This document shows, one piece after another, positions 49,640 to 61,910 of a stretch of DNA of 64,000 nt. The position numbers were made by a program, and so were the translations under genes. Every line of letters starts with the position of its first letter. Position 1 is the stretch's first letter. The notes under the pieces were generated by a model. It had not been told where the DNA came from. It ran no database searches and saw only the letters and a list, made by a program, of their open reading frames with translations. The stretch comes from Podarcis melisellensis (taxonomy: Eukaryota): assembly GCA_964234715.1 (NCBI GenBank), contig OZ174283.1; one strand, given 5' to 3'.

Positions 49640-50830
49640 TCAGTGATCTTAAGGTTTGAATACTGGAGGAGGTTCACTTATAGATAATTGGGCCCCAATT
49701 CATTTAAGCCTCATAGTCCATTATCAGCACCTTGAATTGGACCTAGTAGTGCATGAGCAGCCAATACAGTGCTTTTACAATCAGTATTTTTTATTTATTC
49801 CCACCTCGCTGTCCCAATAAATATCTAGGTGGCTAAGTTCTGCACTAGCTGCAGTCTTGCCTCAAGTGCATTACAGCTTTCCAAACATGAGGTCACCAGA
49901 GCATGGATAGCTGATGATAGACAAAATTGGCCCAGCTGGTGGGCCATCTGTAGCTGGGAATGGGCACTTCTTGCTGGGCCTCCAATGACAGCATCATTTA
50001 ATGGAGTAATCTCAAGTTACACACCTGCTCCTTCAGAAGGAGTGCTACCACATTCGGAATAGGCTGCCTCCCTAATTCCCAGGCATGATAGCTGCCTGTT
50101 CACAGTGACTCCATCTTATTATGATTTGGTCATTGTTTTATTAGCCTTCATGCAACCTGTTGCCATCTCCAGGCACCAGTCTAGCACATATACAGCATCT
50201 CCTGATCCAGATGGAATGATGAGATAGAACTGGGTGTCATCAGCATGCTAGTGACAGCACTACATTACAAATCCTCAGATGACTCTTCCTAGTGGTTTCA
50301 TAGAGGTATTAAATAGCATGGGAAACAGGATAGAACCCAGTGAGACCAGAGCACAAATGCCATGGGGCCAAACAGAAGTCTCCCAGTCCTATTCTCTGGT
50401 ACTGAACCTATAGATAGGAGTGGAGTCACAACAACACAGTTGCCGCCAACCAACAGATACAATCGTCTATAACAGGCTTCCTCAACCTTGACCCTCCAAA
50501 TGTTTTTGGCTTACAACTCCCATGATGCCTAGCTAGCAGGACCAGCGGTCAGGGATGCTGGGAATTGTAGACTCAAAACATCTGGAGGACCGAGGTTGAG
50601 GAAGCCTGGTCTATGATTTCAAAAGCAGCCAAGAGTTCACCAAGAATCAATAGGGTGAGACTCTTTCTCTGTCTCTAACGATAAAGGTAGTCCGTCAGAG
50701 TGATCAAGGCTGTTTCCATGCTAAAAATAGGCCTGAAGCCATAGTGAAACAGGTCTAGATAGTCCACTTCACCCAGCTGCATCCACAGTTGCTCTGCCAC
50801 TACCTTCTCCATCAGTGCTCAAAAGCCTAA
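49640..50830 (-). mobile_element. Degenerate L2-clade LINE including RT-domain remnant
   Basis: Minus strand near 50221-50260 gives CH*HADDTQFYL (YADD motif); near 50720-50765 gives DYLDLFHYGFRP; stops and frameshifts present. Confidence 0.8.
50473..50608. mobile_element. hAT palindromic MITE nested in L2
   Basis: TIRs CAGGCTTCCTCAACCT / AGGTTGAGGAAGCCTG; TSD GTCTATAA / GTCTATGA. Confidence 0.93.
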
Positions 50831-52488
50831 TGGTTGCATTAGGCACAAACTGCAGCTTCCACTGCAATAATCTAAGCAGGAGATTATCATAATGTGGAGT
50901 ACTGTGGCCAGATTATCTCTGTCCAGGAATATCCATCACTGGTGAACCATCTGTAGCTGGCCTCATGTGACAGTACTGGAGCCACAATCACTCCCAGGCT
51001 GTGGTATTTAATTGAAATTGTGTTCTTAAGCCTCAAAGTTGTGCAACTTCTCATGTACATTTTTGGTTTATTGCTGCAATGCAGCTTTTCACTTGCATGG
51101 TTATTTGGAGATATGTTGCTTTTTTTAAAAAAAACCATCATTCTGGGCAGAACAAGAGAGGGAAGTAGTAGGGATTCCAAACTGCACATGTGAAGGTACC
51201 CTTATTCATAGGGAGTATTTGCTATGCTGCTGCTCCTTCAGCAGAAGAAAATGTGGAGTGTGGATACTGAAAGTTTAATGTGAGCTTGTTTGCCAAAGGA
51301 TCTTGTAAAATAATTAATCTGGGAATAGAGCAGTGTTTGAGCATGTGCCAAATCAAGCAATCATCCAGCACACTAAGCAAGATAGTGTCTCGTATCAAAA
51401 AAAAAAAAAGGATGAGTGGAGTTCAGCTCACGCAACAGGGCTTTGCTGCACTCTTCTTCCTGCTTCGTTCCCTTACGTATGCTAAAACCCTCCTGAGAGT
51501 CAGGGACTCTCTGGAACTATGTGCAATGTGGTGCAGAGTCTATAGCTGAAGGGGAAGCAGCAGTAGTTAGAGAACCCCTTTGGCATGAGTGCAAGCATCT
51601 TCTGCTTCTGCTACAGGAATTTTGGACCTAAGCCATGGACAACTGCATTAGGAAAATAATTGAAACCATCCATCTTTTCACCACACAACAAGAGCAAGGC
51701 AGGAAAGGGAAGTGAATGATCATGCAAAAGCACATTAATATAATCTACATCAGCAGAATGCAAAACAGAGGTCTAGCAGATTTACATAGTGTTATTGGGT
51801 TTGGCATCAGATTAATGTGAACAGGCCTATCACTATGGGTTTGCATTAAGGCAATAATACCTGGCCAGAGTCTTGGGGTGGGCAAAGGAATACTGACACC
51901 CTGGAATATTAAAGTGATGTTTCTTAATGGGTGCCATGTCCAGGCCTGGATTTACTTTACTTTTGTTAGGAGATTGCTGGTGCCTTCTCAATAGATTGGA
52001 AATAGCTGGAAGGTCTTGGACTGCTGAATGGGAGAATGCATACCTTTCTTCCTCAAATACAGTTAAGAGTAATGTAAGCTAGGTCTCTGTGTACAGAAAC
52101 AAAGAGAGGGCTGGGTCAAAAGGTATTTGGGGATGCAGGAGTGCCTCTTTCTGGTTATATGTGGTACAATTTGCTGTTTGTAAAATGTTAAACTCTGCTT
52201 CCACCCATGCTCAGCTTGCATATTCATAAATAAAACTCAAAAAGTCTCTAGCCATTTCTCCCTCCAGAGGTCATCAAACACTGGTTAAATGCTGCACTCC
52301 TGAAGGGTGTTAGACACAAGGCATAATGTTTAGCAGAGCCTACTAGAGTAAGCTGCACAGAATTGGTCTCCCCAGGGTGAAAGGCCCTGTAGTTCAGAAG
52401 GAGGCAATCTACACTTCTAACCATGCCTCAAAATGATGCAGAGGATGGAGACAGAGCTACAGCTGAGAGCACCAGGGCTCGGCTTTGG

Positions 52489-52676
52489 CAGGGGCAGACT
52501 TTGGTTATCTTAGCCTAGGGATTCCATCAACCAATGCATAGCTTAATAACGTGGCACCCTGAGCAGGGCAAATTTTGTTGCCCCCAAACGGATCTTCGCA
52601 ATCATGGATCTTCTCAATTTTGCACCTCCTTGGCTTGGCACCCTGTGAGAGTGGGGACTCCCTAAATCCGGTGCTG
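52489..52676. mobile_element. hAT (Tip100-like) MITE
   Basis: Termini CAGGGGCAGACTT / AAATCCGGTGCTG; duplicated GCTTTGG on both sides. Confidence 0.6.
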
Positions 52677-54384
52677 GCTTTGGGTAGCAGTAAGAAGGCA
52701 GGAACTGGGGATCAGGGCCGGAGAGAAATCAGGGTCAGATGGCAAAGCAGGAGGTAGGATCCGAGAGCAAACCAGAGCTCAGGATGACCTTGTTGCTCAA
52801 GCAAAGCACCACTGAGACAGGAGCCCTCTTATACTTATTCTTGCACATGAAGAGTCAATGCTCAGCCTGGGTAGTTAAAGCTAGTCTGGACTTGGAATGT
52901 TTTTCCCTGTGAGGCTGCAGTTATGTGATTCACCATATGAGGCCACAGTCAACAATTCCTGGCACAGAGAAGCTAAAGCTATTTGCAATAACTGGAGAAA
53001 AACAGAGCATGATGCCCCTTTCCTCCTCTATTTTTGCCTGTGACATAACTGAAACACCTGTATATATTTCCTCCGCACTTCCAGGTGCATTATTCAGCTT
53101 CATTTCAGATCGGTGCCAGCAACTAAATTTTTGAAACAAAGCTTTAATGATCAACCACAGAAGGACTTTCTGCTTTTCTAACAAGTATCTCTGCATGAAG
53201 AGAGGCAGCATTGTGGCCCTTAGGCTGCCTTGTAAAGGGATCCGGAAGACTGTGAATTCTGAAGTGGACCCATAACCAGATACAGGTTATGATCCACCTG
53301 GATCAAACCAGGTTTGTCCGCTTTGGAATCTAGGTTTGGCAGATTCCACCTCCCATCCCTAGGCTCAATTTAAATTTAAAACATGCATTCATAACCCAGA
53401 TGATGGAGGCCCAAACTATGAAAGACAGCAGCAAGTAGAGTTAAGATACTAATAAAATAATATGGAATAAATCACTGCATAAGTGAAGCACACAGTATAA
53501 ATGAATTTGCAACAGCTTTGGAGACAGAATTTTCTGTGTTTGATAGCAACTGAGATGCACTGAAAGAAGCAGGTAATTTGGTTCATGTTTATTTTATTTA
53601 CAATAAACCATAAACCTACCTATTCAAAGCAAAATAAATGTTGCAACCTCCATTTAAAAACCCAGTCAGAAGGTTTTTGCGGTATAGCAATTCATTATTG
53701 GTTGCAACTTAATTTTCGGCAATATCCATAAATATGCTATAGTATTATTCTCTAATTAATGCATCCCTTCCCTGCCAGGTTTATTCCAAATGTTCACTGT
53801 ATTGATGTAGATTTCTTCTCCCTTACCTCCTTTGTAGTTAACTGTGACCTAAATGTTGGCAATATAGTAAGGAGTTACTGATTATTTGATTTGTTAATGT
53901 GGGAGTTCCAAAGCCTTTCAGTTCTTGTAAAGTGTGACATGAGTTGCATTGCAATTGAGAGTACTTTATTATGCTGAATCTTATAGTTTTCTTTCTCTGA
54001 GCCAACATTCCATCTTTAATGTTCCCCCTGCACAATAGAACTCTCATTTAGGGGCTCCTAGCACTCAGTGTTTAAAGTGCATGGGCAGGTGTCCTCTGTA
54101 TCACATAAATTACTCCTGTGGCACTCCTGTTATATTTCTGATTTGTCATTGTTCATGCTGTGGTTTTGCAGCTAGCCCAGAAATTGTTATCATATTTTGT
54201 AGCAGTGACTGATTGATATAAAGTGCTTGTTAGGCACTAGATACAAAATGGATACCAAAATCTAACAGAAAAGGCCTGAAAATGACACAGTAATAGAAGA
54301 GATGGCACTCTGAACCAGAACTCATGGTTAAGCTCTCTCCACACAAACCATGAGCTGCAGCCAAGAACAAACCTTGCTAATGCG

Positions 54385-54597
54385 TAAGGGTGGAGGAGAA
54401 AATTGATTCAGGTTATTTAAAGTCAAATCCATCAAATGCACACTTTCTACAACAATATAGGAACCAAAACACAGCAAACCTTTGAAATTCTCACTTATCT
54501 GAATTTTGTAATGAAGTTCTCCAACCAGTTTACAAAATGCATATATTAGGGGAAAGTGTATGTTAAAATGAATATATTAGTGAAAATAACATACATG
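54385..54597 (+). mobile_element. AT-rich hAT-like element, left part
   Basis: Similar to 18454 and 30766. Confidence 0.65.
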
Positions 54598-55142
54598 TTG
54601 TTATGGTTACTGTATATTAATAAATAACAGCCCAGTGATGACAAGGAGACCAGTAGTGGTTTTATAGGGAACACAGAAAATTGGGGGGGGGGGGAGAAGA
54701 GAAACTGCAATATCACAATTTTTTCTCAGTAGAAAGAAAGCATTTATTTCAAGGGATCTTCCAAGTAAAACATATTAAAGCCATACAAAAAATTTGAGAA
54801 GTGAGTGAAATTATGTGGACATGAGAAAGTGCTGAAACGAACTTACCTCAGTATCTTCCTCCATTCAGCATCAGGCTAGCTGCAAAAAGGAACATCTCTG
54901 TTTCCTCCTCTGGGAGGCTCCACTCCTGAACAGGCTTACTCTGTTAAAAAGAGGATGAAAGCTGGGGGTCCTTGCTGGCTCAGCGTTCAATACATGTGTC
55001 TGCCTCCCCGCCAAGTCAGCCCTTGTGCCGGGTAGGAGGCTATAATAATAATATTTTCAGCAGCTCTTAGGGGCAAGATGTCAGTTTATTTTAGGCATTT
55101 GGGAAAGCAGTGGCTCTGTCATCCACTGGGGTTACCTTATTC

Positions 55143-55270
55143 CAGGCACCCCCAAACTTGGCCATCCAGATGTTTTGGGACTACAATTCCCATCGTCGTC
55201 GTCCTGTTAGCTAGAGATGGTGGGAGTTGTAGGCCAAAAACATCTGGAGGGCCGAGGTTGAGGAAGCCTG
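55143..55270. mobile_element. hAT palindromic MITE with non-matching TIR variants
   Basis: Body as at 42223; left CAGGCACCCCCAAACT, right AGGTTGAGGAAGCCTG; TSD poor. Confidence 0.85.
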
Positions 55271-56787
55271 GCTTATGGGTTCTGGGAAAGGAAATTAAAG
55301 AAAGCTTTCATAAAGACAATTCTGCCACAGCAGCCTTGTTACTGTTGGCAATATGAAAGAAAAGAAAAATACCATGAGAGTAATATCTCCAGAATTGTAC
55401 TGTTATGGCTAAATGAGCTGACAAGGCCCCTGAGTTTGTTTCAGTTGCTACACGTCCCTACAGAGAGCCAACCTGTTTGCCAGCTGCTTTAGTTGAAGAG
55501 ATGTTTATCCATTGCTTGAGGTGAATTCTTTTACATTCGGAGGAGTTTATCTGATTGCTCTCAAGGACAGTTATAAATAAGTTATGAAGTAGATAAAAAT
55601 AATAATGAACTCTTCTGCTTTTTCTAATAACTTGCCCAAATGGTTAGTCATGAGAAAATAGCTTCATGGGGCCAGAGGTCCCTTGTAGTAGGAATCATTT
55701 TGAAGGCAATACTTGTTCTCAGACGGATGCCCTGACATTTTTATCTTTTTGTTGGCAATGAATAAAACTTTACAAATTGCGTTGAAGAGTATCTGTACCA
55801 CAGAGTTAAAATGGCATGGTAGTCATTCCCTCTTTGCAGAATTGGGAGGGGTTAGAGATTTCCAACCAAGAATATTCACTACCACCAACCAGCTCCAAGT
55901 TACAGCTGACAGGATTTGGGGATATGGCCAATGCCCAGGGGCTCCTGCAAGTAATGTTTATTCAGTTTTCATCCTGATTTAGCTGTGGGGTGTTTATATA
56001 TTTTCCCAGTACTGTAATCATTTGTTCATTTCACATTTTTAATGACATTTCTCCATCAAATTCCTAACTGCAAAAGCCCTTTTTTATTTACTGTTTAAAG
56101 TGGATTTGTGTACATAGTTCTCTCTTCACATGTTGTATCTTCACAACAAAATTCTAAGGTAGGCTAGCTTGAGAAATTGTGATACAGTAACTGGTCCCAG
56201 GACAACCAGTGAGCTTTTGGGTTAAGTGGAAATTTAAACCTGGGAATCACTGGTCATAATCTGACACACTATTGGCTTCCAACATTTCCTTAACATGCTA
56301 TTTGAACTCCAGTGAATCCTGAATACCGCCTCACAAATATTAGCTTGTTGTGATGGTTCCTTGCCTTTGCCTGCAAGCCTATTGTTGTGGGCTGCCAATT
56401 AAGGGATTTGGCGGTGTTTGTTTCTGTGTAGGAAATTACCTTCAGAGAGGGATACAGAGCAGCAATTAAGGTCTTCCCAAGGCTGCCCTAAGTCAGCTGG
56501 CCTTCCGAATTACCATCTGGTAGCCAATATAATCTGCTGGCATCTGCATTTAAAGTAGAAACATGTGTTCATTGAGCTTCACAAAAAGGTGTGCGACTAA
56601 TTCAACAACCCTATCCTTGGGAGTCTGCAGGCCTTGGAGCCTGCTGCCCCTCTTCTGAGCCCTAAGGAGACACTTCTGCTTCTAGATTCTGGTGGCTGTG
56701 TACAGACTCAAGAGAGCCCGAAGGAGAGATGCCCCATAGCTGGAAACCTCATTACTCCAAAGAAGTCCACAGCTGCAGAAGAAGGCA

Positions 56788-57156
56788 GCCTGGATAGCTC
56801 AGTTGGTTAGAGCACGGTGCTGATAATGCCAAGGTTCCAGGTTCGATCCCCGTATGTGATAGCTGCATATTCCTGCATTGCAGGGGGTTGGACTAGATCA
56901 GAGCTTTCCAAACTGTGTGTCACAACATGTTAGTGTGTTGTGTATAGGTGTGTCACGCTCCCCATGCTCCTCCTGGGGCTGGAAAGGGGTTAGTTTAACC
57001 TCTGGCGTGATAGTGAAACTGAATTACTGTGTTGCAAAATGATGCAAAAACTGAATTATGGCACACTTGTCTAAAAAGTGTGTCACCAACATGAAAAGTT
57101 TGGAAAGCTCTAGACTAGGTGATCCTCAGGGTCTCTTCCAACTCTACAATTCTATA
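56788..57156 (+). mobile_element. tRNA-Ile-derived SINE with CR1-like tail, interrupted by hAT MITE
   Basis: TAGCTCAGTTGGTTAGAGCACGGTGCTGATAATGCCAAGGTTCCAGGTTCGATCCCCGTA resembles vertebrate tRNA-Ile; followed by ATTCCTGCATTGCAGGGGGTTGGACTAGAT...CTTCCAACTCTACAATTCTAT. Confidence 0.88.
56899..57112. mobile_element. hAT MITE
   Basis: 16-bp TIRs CAGAGCTTTCCAAACT / AGTTTGGAAAGCTCTA; TSD GACTAGAT / GACTAGGT. Confidence 0.92.
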
Positions 57157-57789
57157 AACTAAGGCACTAGCTCTTTAAGTAGCCAGGAGACAGGAAAGTC
57201 ATGTGACACTTTCTGACTCCTTGCTGTAGAGATGGGGAACCTGTGACCCTCCAGATGTTGTTGGACTCCAAATCCAATCATAGCCAGGATGGCCAATAGT
57301 TGTAGTTCAACAACATCTCAGGACTCTAGCCACATATTGTCAATGGTTGGACATATGAACAGTACTTGTTTCCATTTGCAAAAGGAGGACAAACAGTCCT
57401 CCTTGCTGTTAAAGCTTGCTGGGTAGTCAGCCTGTGTGGATTAGCTGTCTGTCACTGGGCAGAGTGGGAGCCTCTTCCCTCCCCCATTTCTTCCCACCCT
57501 GTGTTTATCGCTTGACAAGCTGAGCATGCTGCAAGTGCTTTCGATGAATTTCCTAATTACTCATGGGGCGTGAAGCATTGCTGTATCTTTCCTGAGTTTA
57601 ATTAATGACTTTACAGATGAGTAGCTGGTTCCAATTCCTCTTTCTGTTCCCGAGGACTGATGATCTCAGACTGATGTTGGTTGCTTCCAGCTTGTCATTG
57701 CCTGTGTCAGATACAGATTGGTTGAACTTCAAGGGCAGCTGAGCTGTCCCTACCCTCTATCAGACCACTTCCATGGGACAGCACCAGGG

Positions 57790-57990
57790 AGATTTGCATT
57801 GGCTCCAGCTCTGCTTCCATGTTCAATTCAAAGTGCTGCTTTTGACTTTAAGGGACTAAGTGCCAGTTCTGTTATGTACTTGTCTTCGTACCTTGAGATC
57901 TTCAGCAGAGGTCCTTCAGCAGAGGTTACCCCAGCATCTAAGGTGCCCGGGGGAAAGCCTTTTCTGTTGTGGCATCTGAAATGTTGCCTG
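57790..57990 (+). mobile_element. L2 3' remnant
   Basis: TTGCATTGGCTCCAG...AATTCAAAGTGCTGCTTTTGACTTTAAG (LHWL...QFKVLLLT). Confidence 0.7.
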
Positions 57991-58352
57991 CCTTGATACC
58001 ATTGCAGTGCCAGGCAATGGCCTTTTAATTTTTCTAGGCCTTTCAACACAATCAGCTTTCACTCTGTTGATTTTCCACTGATACAGAGCTGCCATTAGAA
58101 TTGTGTTTCACTTTGTTTTTTAATATAATTTACTTCTGATCTTTACTGCACTTCTGTTCTTTATACCGAAAGCTATCCTTGGAATTATTTGATGGGAGAA
58201 GAAATTTCTATTAAAAATAGAAGGAATAAATTTGGGAAATACTTTTCAGTTTGGTTGTCTCTCTGCTTCTTGTTCCTTCTTATGCTTCTGTCCATATCTT
58301 GAGCTGCCACCAATATTACTCCTCTCTTCCTCTCTTTCCTTGAGAGTACAGT

Positions 58353-58508
58353 CATGGGTCCATCCAGCTTGGTATTGTTCATAATGACCAGAAGCAGCTG
58401 TCCAGGACTTCAGACAGGGGTCATTCCCAACCCTACCTGGAAATGCCAGGGATTAAACCTGGGACTTTCTGCATGGAAAGCATATAATCTACCACTGAGC
58501 TTTGGCCC
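58353..58508 (-). mobile_element. tRNA-derived SINE (Squam3-like)
   Basis: CCCTACCTGGAAATGCCAGGGATTAAACCTGGGAC...CTACCACTGAGCT (reverse tRNA head). Confidence 0.75.
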
Positions 58509-58759
58509 TATTGTCACATAGCAGTCTCATGCTTGTGCAAGGCACCTATGGTGGCAGACAATAATGCAATGATGGCAGCTCTACCCACCAGAGGACACAG
58601 AGATCAAGGTGCTCTTAATGTACTGATTGCTAAGGAGCTCAGAAGAACCAGGCATAAATACAGATGTAGCAACATCTGATTCCTTGTGATACTGTCATAA
58701 CAAGTGCTGGGCCAGACATTTCTCCTGTTTTAAAAATTAGCAGCAGCAGCAGCAGTAGT

Positions 58760-58970
58760 ATCATTTATATCCCACCCTACTTTCAAGGTATCAGTGCACA
58801 CAGTTCTCCCCCTCCTTAGTTAAGCCCTACAACAACCATGTGAGGTAGGATAGGTTGAGAAGCAATGACTCACCCATGGTCACCCACTGAACTTTATGGC
58901 TGAGTGGGGATTTGAATTCTGGTCCCTAAGGTCCTAGCCTGACACTCTTAACCACCACACTACATTGCCT
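58760..58970 (-). mobile_element. MIR/CORE-like SINE
   Basis: ACAACAACCATGTGAGGTAGG...CCCATGGTCACCC...GGATTTGAATTCTGG...CTTAACCACCACAC. Confidence 0.75.
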
Positions 58971-61245
58971 CCTGTGTATTATTTTTTTAAAAAAACAAAA
59001 CACCACAATTTCCTACTGATTTATGAGAAAAGAACCTTCCTTCAAAATTTATGAAAGGGGAGAGAAAATTATGGTAAGAATCTCATTGGTAAGCTGCAGG
59101 CTTTATGTTGTGCATCTGCACATTCGTAGTGTACAAAAGGGTATTTGGGAGTGTCCTTTCTTTCATTCTGCAAATCATTTTGTCAGTGGTTTCCACTCTG
59201 CAGCCTTCTTGGGTGCCGGCTTTTCTTGAAAATCCAATTACATCCTCAGGTAGGCTTTTCTAAATGCACAGGAAGGTGGGGAGGTTGCCTGTTGTACACC
59301 TGACAGCTATTTTTTAAAAAAGAAGCATTTTTACTAATACTAAGAAGTGCTGTTTGAAATATATTGCTTGAAATATATGCTATGGCAAATAAACTATTTT
59401 TAAAAGGGGGAGACAAAAAAACTAATACTAACAAATCTTTTTATTATTAAAGAAACTTGCACAGACAAAAATATTTTAAGGTAAATGGAAGTACTTCCCT
59501 TAAAATAGAAACAGGGGCTGGCCACCCCAATCTCAGGTGCTCAGTATTAGCTTCCCCAGTTTTCTGTGCTTCAAATAAAATGTAGGTGACAGCCTCACAA
59601 AGTAACTGCTCTCAAGGTGTTTGGTTTTTTTTCATATCAGAAGTATACATGGCTGGGCAGGGGGCTGCAGTGCAGAGCACTGGAGAAACATTTACTGGAA
59701 AGACAAACCACACATGCCACCCTCAGCTACCTTCCAATTCAGCCTTGCACGAACTGAAATTATAAAGAAATTCTAAAATGCTCTGAGAAAGAGGTATACA
59801 CATAGACAAAGAACACTTTCAAGAAATTGGAGAATAGGTTTCTGTGCAGCACTTGTCATAACTCTCCCCAAACTGATATTGTTCAATAAAAACTATGACT
59901 CTTTCAACTCTGCCTCTGGTCTTATGAAGATTACTGGGTAAGGATCTTTCCTGCCACCCACTCCATTACTCAGCTCAGGTGTCTTCATGGTGGTGCACAC
60001 AATGGAAGGCTGGGGTGAATTCCCCCCCCCATAAACCCCAACATGGTTCCATGTTTGGCGTATCCAACACCCACCACGCAGGACCATCAGGAGGGAAGTT
60101 CTAACAGCCATCCCAGTTATTGCTAGTGTGATAACCAAGCAGTGTCGCTGCTGTGATGCAGAGGGTGGAAGATTGATGAAAAGGTTTGCTGGCAAAATAA
60201 CCACCAGACACTGGCAATCAATCACATCAGCACAGGGGAAAGGGGGCTTGCATGAGACGAAGGGGGCTGTGAAAAATCCAAAATCTCCAGGGGCATAAAC
60301 ACATCAGGCAATTTCCTGAACGAAGCCCTTGGTCCATGTACTAGTTACTCTGATTGCCCTGCCTCAGGTGTGTGTTTGGCTCTATTTTCCTCGGAAACCA
60401 TAGCTTCTTTCTGTGCCAAGCTTGGGCAGTCCCACTGAGCTATGGCTTTATCTACGGCTAGGGCCAGCCCTACCATTAGACAGGGTGAGGCAGCCACACA
60501 GCCAGCTTATCCTGGGAGTCCTGAAAGGGCAGCAAATTGCTATATTGTTTAATTTATTCTTACTGTACTTTCCCTGCCAGGGAGGGGAGAGGCACTTGTA
60601 GGATTTTAGATTTTATTTTATTAAATGATTTAGCACCTACCTTTCAGAGCACAATTGCCCTCCAGAGGCATTGCACAACATTCCATAAAAATATTATTGC
60701 GATAATAATACATAGGATAATTGTTTCTGCCTCGAGTGGTGCCAACCATAACTTGACCAGCAATAGAGCACTATGCACCTTGACATTAGGCAGCAGGAGG
60801 GAGGGGGCAGGGCATTTGCTGCTTTAATTCATGCCAATCCTATACACACACACTTCAGTGCTGGTTGATATGACCATGAGCGCTGACTATTATTTCAATG
60901 GCAGTCAGCTCTGCAAGTTCCTACGGCAAAAGTCTACTTCTGGTTTGGTTTTGTTGTTTTTAATTATCAAGGGATCTGAACTCCTGTTTGAGGGAACACA
61001 ACCCTTTCTGGATGTAAATTTCTTCCCACATTCCTAAATAATGGCTTATGGAAGCCAGTGCTGGACAAAGCACTAGAACACTTGTGCTATATGTGTAGAG
61101 TGGTTTTATCTCACTGTGTATGATGCCTTCTGTGCATGACTAATGTGAGAGCATCACTGTGTGTTCAAGTGTGGATGCCATCAAGAGCTCCATTATGATT
61201 GGTGGAGCAGTTACAGTATAAGAGTCTCTATGGCTTGGCTGTCAT

Positions 61246-61410
61246 CAGTGGCGTAGAGTGGGTTGTCAGCACCCGGGGCAAGGCAAGTAATTTGCGCCCC
61301 CTAACCCGTGGAGCCAGGTAGGGGCAGAGAGCTGAGAGTGCGAGCGCGCCCACCCCCGATGTTGCGCCCGGTGCGGCCGGCCCCCCTGCACCCCCCACGC
61401 TACACCACTG
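61246..61410. mobile_element. Young GC-rich hAT (Tip100-like) MITE
   Basis: TIRs CAGTGGCGTAG / CTACACCACTG; 8-bp TSD GCTGTCAT / GCTCTCAT; many CpGs. Confidence 0.9.
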
Positions 61411-61639
61411 GCTCTCATTTAAACTTCCGTTGCATCTTCCCGATCCCTTCCTCTGTTACAGTTTCTTCTTATCTCTTCTCTTCTCTTCTGGAAAGTTTTA
61501 TTGAGACTTTTCATAATACATTACAAACTAATCTAAACAAACTAATCTGTCTGGCTATTATCTTCTGTCAGCCGGAGCTAACAGAAATATCTTCAAATCC
61601 GTCATGCCTCTCCTTAGCCTTTACAGTGCTCTTGATGTT

Positions 61640-61910
61640 GCCACCGTGTGATCATAATACCAAGTAAACAGCTTGGGACCAGGTTTCCTGAAAGATCCGC
61701 TTCTTCTACAAGTAGTGTCCCATTTCTTGAGGTCTTCTTTGGAAACCTCCCTAAAGGTTTCCCCCCCCCCCGATAAAGTATGGCAGGTGGTCCCTAAGGA
61801 GAGGACCTTTTCCGTGGTGGTGCCCCATGTATAGAGTGCCCTTACCAGAGAGACTCACCAGGCACTTACAGACATTTAGGTACTAAAATATATTTTTTAT
61901 TAACTCAGGC
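61640..61910 (+). mobile_element. L2 3' remnant
   Basis: AAACAGCTTGGGACCAGGTTTCCTGAAAGATCCGC...GAGAGGACCTTTTCCGTGGTGGTGCCCC (GP.YLKD..RAFSVVAP type). Confidence 0.7.

Noticed and set aside
52930-53211. 93-aa minus-strand ORF
   Set aside because: No recognisable homology or splice signals; length is within chance expectation.
56788-56861. Functional tRNA-Ile gene
   Set aside because: Acceptor stem pairs poorly, no T-run terminator follows, and a CR1-type tail continues directly: it is a SINE head.
58841-58862. let-7-like sequence TGAGGTAGGATAGGTTG
   Set aside because: Part of the MIR-like core; no precursor hairpin.
61300-61410. CpG-island-like promoter
   Set aside because: Lies entirely within a 165-bp MITE bounded by TIRs and a TSD.
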